Below are positions 39,620-41,509 of a DNA stretch of 41,509 bases, piece after piece. Position numbers and translations under genes: made by a program. The stretch comes from a virus. The DNA lies in IMG/VR virus record IMGVR_UViG_3300035493_000027; one strand, 5' to 3'. How positions within the stretch are numbered: the first letter of the stretch is position 1; every line of letters begins with the position of its first letter. A model generated the notes under the pieces. That model ran no database searches, was not told the origin of the DNA, and worked only from the letters and a program-made list of their open reading frames with translations.

Positions 39620-41161
39620 ATGGAACAAACGGCTGGCGGGCGCTACAACGCCCTGATCAGCTTCCGTGAGCCATTCCTTCAACGCGCACGAGAAGCTGCC
39701 AAACTCACCATCCCGTCGCTCCTTCCTCCTGCAAACCACTCCCCGCACACCAAGCTCCCGACCCCGTTCCAGGGGCTGGGTGCTCGCGGCGTCAACAACC
39801 TCTCCTCGAAGCTGCTCCTGGCACTCATGCCGCCGAACAGTCCGTTCTTCCGGCTGACGGTGGACGACTACACCCTGGAGCAGATGACCCAGCAAGAGGG
39901 CATGAGGGCCGAGGTTGAGGAAGCCCTGGGCAAGATCGAGCGTGCTGTCATGTACGACATCGAGTCCCAGGCCATCCGCGTCTCGACCGGCGAAGGTCTC
40001 AAGCAGTTGCTCGTCGCGGGCAACGTGCTGCTGTACCTCGCCCCCGAGGGAGGTATGAAGGTCTACCGCCTGGATCGCTACGTCGTCCGCCGTGACCCCA
40101 TGGGGAACGTGCTGGAGATCATCGTGCAGGACGTGGTCTCGCCCGAGGCACTGCCGCAGGACTTCCTGGCCAAGCTCAAGGACGCCCCGCAGTTGACCAA
40201 GGAGAAGACCCTGGAGCTGTACACCCGGATCTACCGGGACGGTAACCAGTGGCGGATCTACCAAGAGGTCAAGGGTGAGCGTGTCCCAGGCACCGAGGGC
40301 ACCTATCCGCTGGACAAGTCCCCGTGGCTGGCCCTGCGGTTCACCAAGATCGACGGCGAAGACTATGGCCGTGGCTACGTCGAGGAGTACTACGGTGACC
40401 TCCGGTCGCTGGAAGCCCTGACCCAGGCCATCGTCGAAGGCTCGGCTGCCGCTGCCAAGGTGCTGTTCCTCGTGAACCCCAATGGCACCACCGAGCAGCG
40501 CACCCTGACCGAATCCCCGAACGGGGCTGTCCGCACCGGCAACGCCGCTGACGTGACGGTTCTGCAGGTGGAGAAGTTTGCTGACTTCCGCATCGCCTTC
40601 GAGACCATCGAGGCGATCAGCCAGCGGCTGTCCTTTGCGTTCCTGCTCAACACCGCCGTTCAGCGTGGTGGCGAGCGCGTGACCGCCGAGGAGATTCGGT
40701 ACATGGCCGGTGAACTGGAGGATGCCCTGGGCGGCGTCTACTCGATCCTCTCCCAGGAGTTCCAGTTCCCCCTGGTGCAGCGCCTGATCCTGCAACTGGA
40801 GAAGCGCAAGAAGATCCCGGCACTCCCGAAGGACACCGTCCGCCCGACCATCACCACCGGCCTGGAAGCCCTTGGCCGTGGGCACGACCTGAACAAGCTC
40901 GATGCCTTCATCCAGGGCGTGAACCAGACGTTCGGCCCGGAGGTGGTCGCTCGCTACCTCAACGTCGGGGACTACATGACCCGTCGCGGTACAGCGCTTG
41001 GCCTGGATATGAAGGGTCTGGTGCGCAGCGAGGAGGAAGTCAAGGCGATGCAGCAACAGCAAGCCCAGGAAGAACAGATGGCCCAGCTAGGCCAAATGCT
41101 CGCCCAGGGCGGTATGGGAATGGCAACCGAAGTAGTCAAGGCAGGTGTGAAGAATGGCTGA
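39620..41161 (+). CDS. Portal (head-to-tail connector) protein (T7 gp8-like)
   Basis: GARGVNNLSSKLLLAL, YVEEYYGDLRSLEAL and GERVTAEEIRYMAGELEDALGGVYSILSQEFQFPLV are nearly identical to T7 gp8 blocks. Confidence 0.97.
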   Translation: MEQTAGGRYNALISFREPFLQRAREAAKLTIPSLLPPANHSPHTKLPTPFQGLGARGVNNLSSKLLLALMPPNSPFFRLTVDDYTLEQMTQQEGMRAEVEEALGKIERAVMYDIESQAIRVSTGEGLKQLLVAGNVLLYLAPEGGMKVYRLDRYVVRRDPMGNVLEIIVQDVVSPEALPQDFLAKLKDAPQLTKEKTLELYTRIYRDGNQWRIYQEVKGERVPGTEGTYPLDKSPWLALRFTKIDGEDYGRGYVEEYYGDLRSLEALTQAIVEGSAAAAKVLFLVNPNGTTEQRTLTESPNGAVRTGNAADVTVLQVEKFADFRIAFETIEAISQRLSFAFLLNTAVQRGGERVTAEEIRYMAGELEDALGGVYSILSQEFQFPLVQRLILQLEKRKKIPALPKDTVRPTITTGLEALGRGHDLNKLDAFIQGVNQTFGPEVVARYLNVGDYMTRRGTALGLDMKGLVRSEEEVKAMQQQQAQEEQMAQLGQMLAQGGMGMATEVVKAGVKNG

Positions 41162-41315
41162 CGAAGCTCAACCGAAAGTCACCAGCCAGGAAACCAAAGG
41201 GGGTCGCCGCAAGGCGGCCCCTTCTGTTTCTGCGGCTGAAACCAACAAGCAACCCCAAGAGGCCAGCAAGCGCGTGGAGAAGACCGGCAGCGGCCTCGTG
41301 ATCGTTTACCACTAA
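41154..41315 (+). CDS. 53-aa basic protein, tandem copy 1
   Basis: The ATG overlaps the portal stop (ATGGCTGA). Translation: MADEAQPKVTSQETKGGRRKAAPSVSAAETNKQPQEASKRVEKTGSGLVIVYH. Confidence 0.55.
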   Translation: MADEAQPKVTSQETKGGRRKAAPSVSAAETNKQPQEASKRVEKTGSGLVIVYH

Positions 41316-41327
41316 GAGGAGAACCAA

Positions 41328-41489
41328 ATGGCTGACGAAGCTCAACCGAAAGTCACCAGCCAGGAAACCAAAGGGGGTCGCCGCAAGGCGGCCCCTTCTG
41401 TTTCTGCGGCTGAAACCAACAAGCAACCCCAAGAGGCCAGCAAGCGCGTGGAGAAGACCGGCAGCGGCCTCGTGATCGTTTACCACTAA
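41328..41489 (+). CDS. 53-aa basic protein, tandem copy 2 (identical)
   Basis: Identical sequence. Preceded by GAGGAGAACCAA, the same RBS context as the scaffold gene. Confidence 0.55.
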   Translation: MADEAQPKVTSQETKGGRRKAAPSVSAAETNKQPQEASKRVEKTGSGLVIVYH

Positions 41490-41509
41490 GAGGAGAACCA
41501 AATGGCTGA

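Larger units (their letters stand above)
41154..41501 (+). repeat. Perfect tandem duplication, 2 x 174 bp (ORF plus RBS spacer)
   Basis: 41154-41327 equals 41328-41501. The unit is bounded by the 9-nt microhomology AATGGCTGA, which also starts the scaffold gene. Confidence 0.9.

Noticed and set aside
41136-41501. 121-aa minus-strand ORF with an internal repeat
   Set aside because: It is the antisense reading of the 174-bp tandem duplication, and its repeated peptide merely reflects the DNA duplication.

Overview
This window is an essentially complete, circularly assembled genome of a high-GC T7-like podophage with Autographiviridae-type architecture. Nt 1-127 are identical to nt 41383-41509, so the unique length is 41,382 bp. 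Every protein gene is on the + strand; the only minus-strand gene is a complete tRNA-Leu(TAA). The window is a rotation of the T7 map. Gene order across the window: scaffold, a displaced spanin pair, tRNA-Asn, major capsid, tail tubular A and B, gp13/14/15/16-like internal virion proteins, tail fibre plus Tfa-like chaperone, holin-like protein, small and large terminase, and an HNH homing endonuclease. A long non-coding, repeat-rich region follows, then small early genes and a MarR-like wHTH regulator / antisense tRNA-Leu / tyrosine integrase module. After these come the single-subunit RNA polymerase, gp2.5-like SSB, endonuclease I, amidase, a KilA-N/ANT antirepressor-like protein, primase-helicase, family A DNA polymerase, ThyX-like protein, 5'-3' exonuclease, DUF3310, MazG, class I RNR (nrdA, nrdB), gp6.7- and gp7.3-like proteins and the portal. 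Two families of conserved intergenic ~20-23 nt motifs are visible. M1 (RATTACCACACAGKYWTGGARRA, 9 copies) has the layout of T7/T3/K11-type phage promoters. M2 (AACTATCCACYRNYGCATAGG, 8 strong + strand copies, 1 minus-strand copy, 2 degenerate copies) is unexplained and is the most interesting signal. Other unusual points: a lysogeny-type module in a T7-like genome, with a terminator-insulated, self-promoted RNAP gene. A triple tandem promoter array sits after the RNAP gene. A 174-bp gene cassette is tandemly duplicated between portal and scaffold. A tRNA-Asn and a 13-nt anti-16S sequence lie in a long capsid leader. There is also a mosaic tail fibre and a ThyX-like protein with substituted signature residues. 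Homology statements rest on motifs read by eye and remembered T7 sequences; no searches were run.
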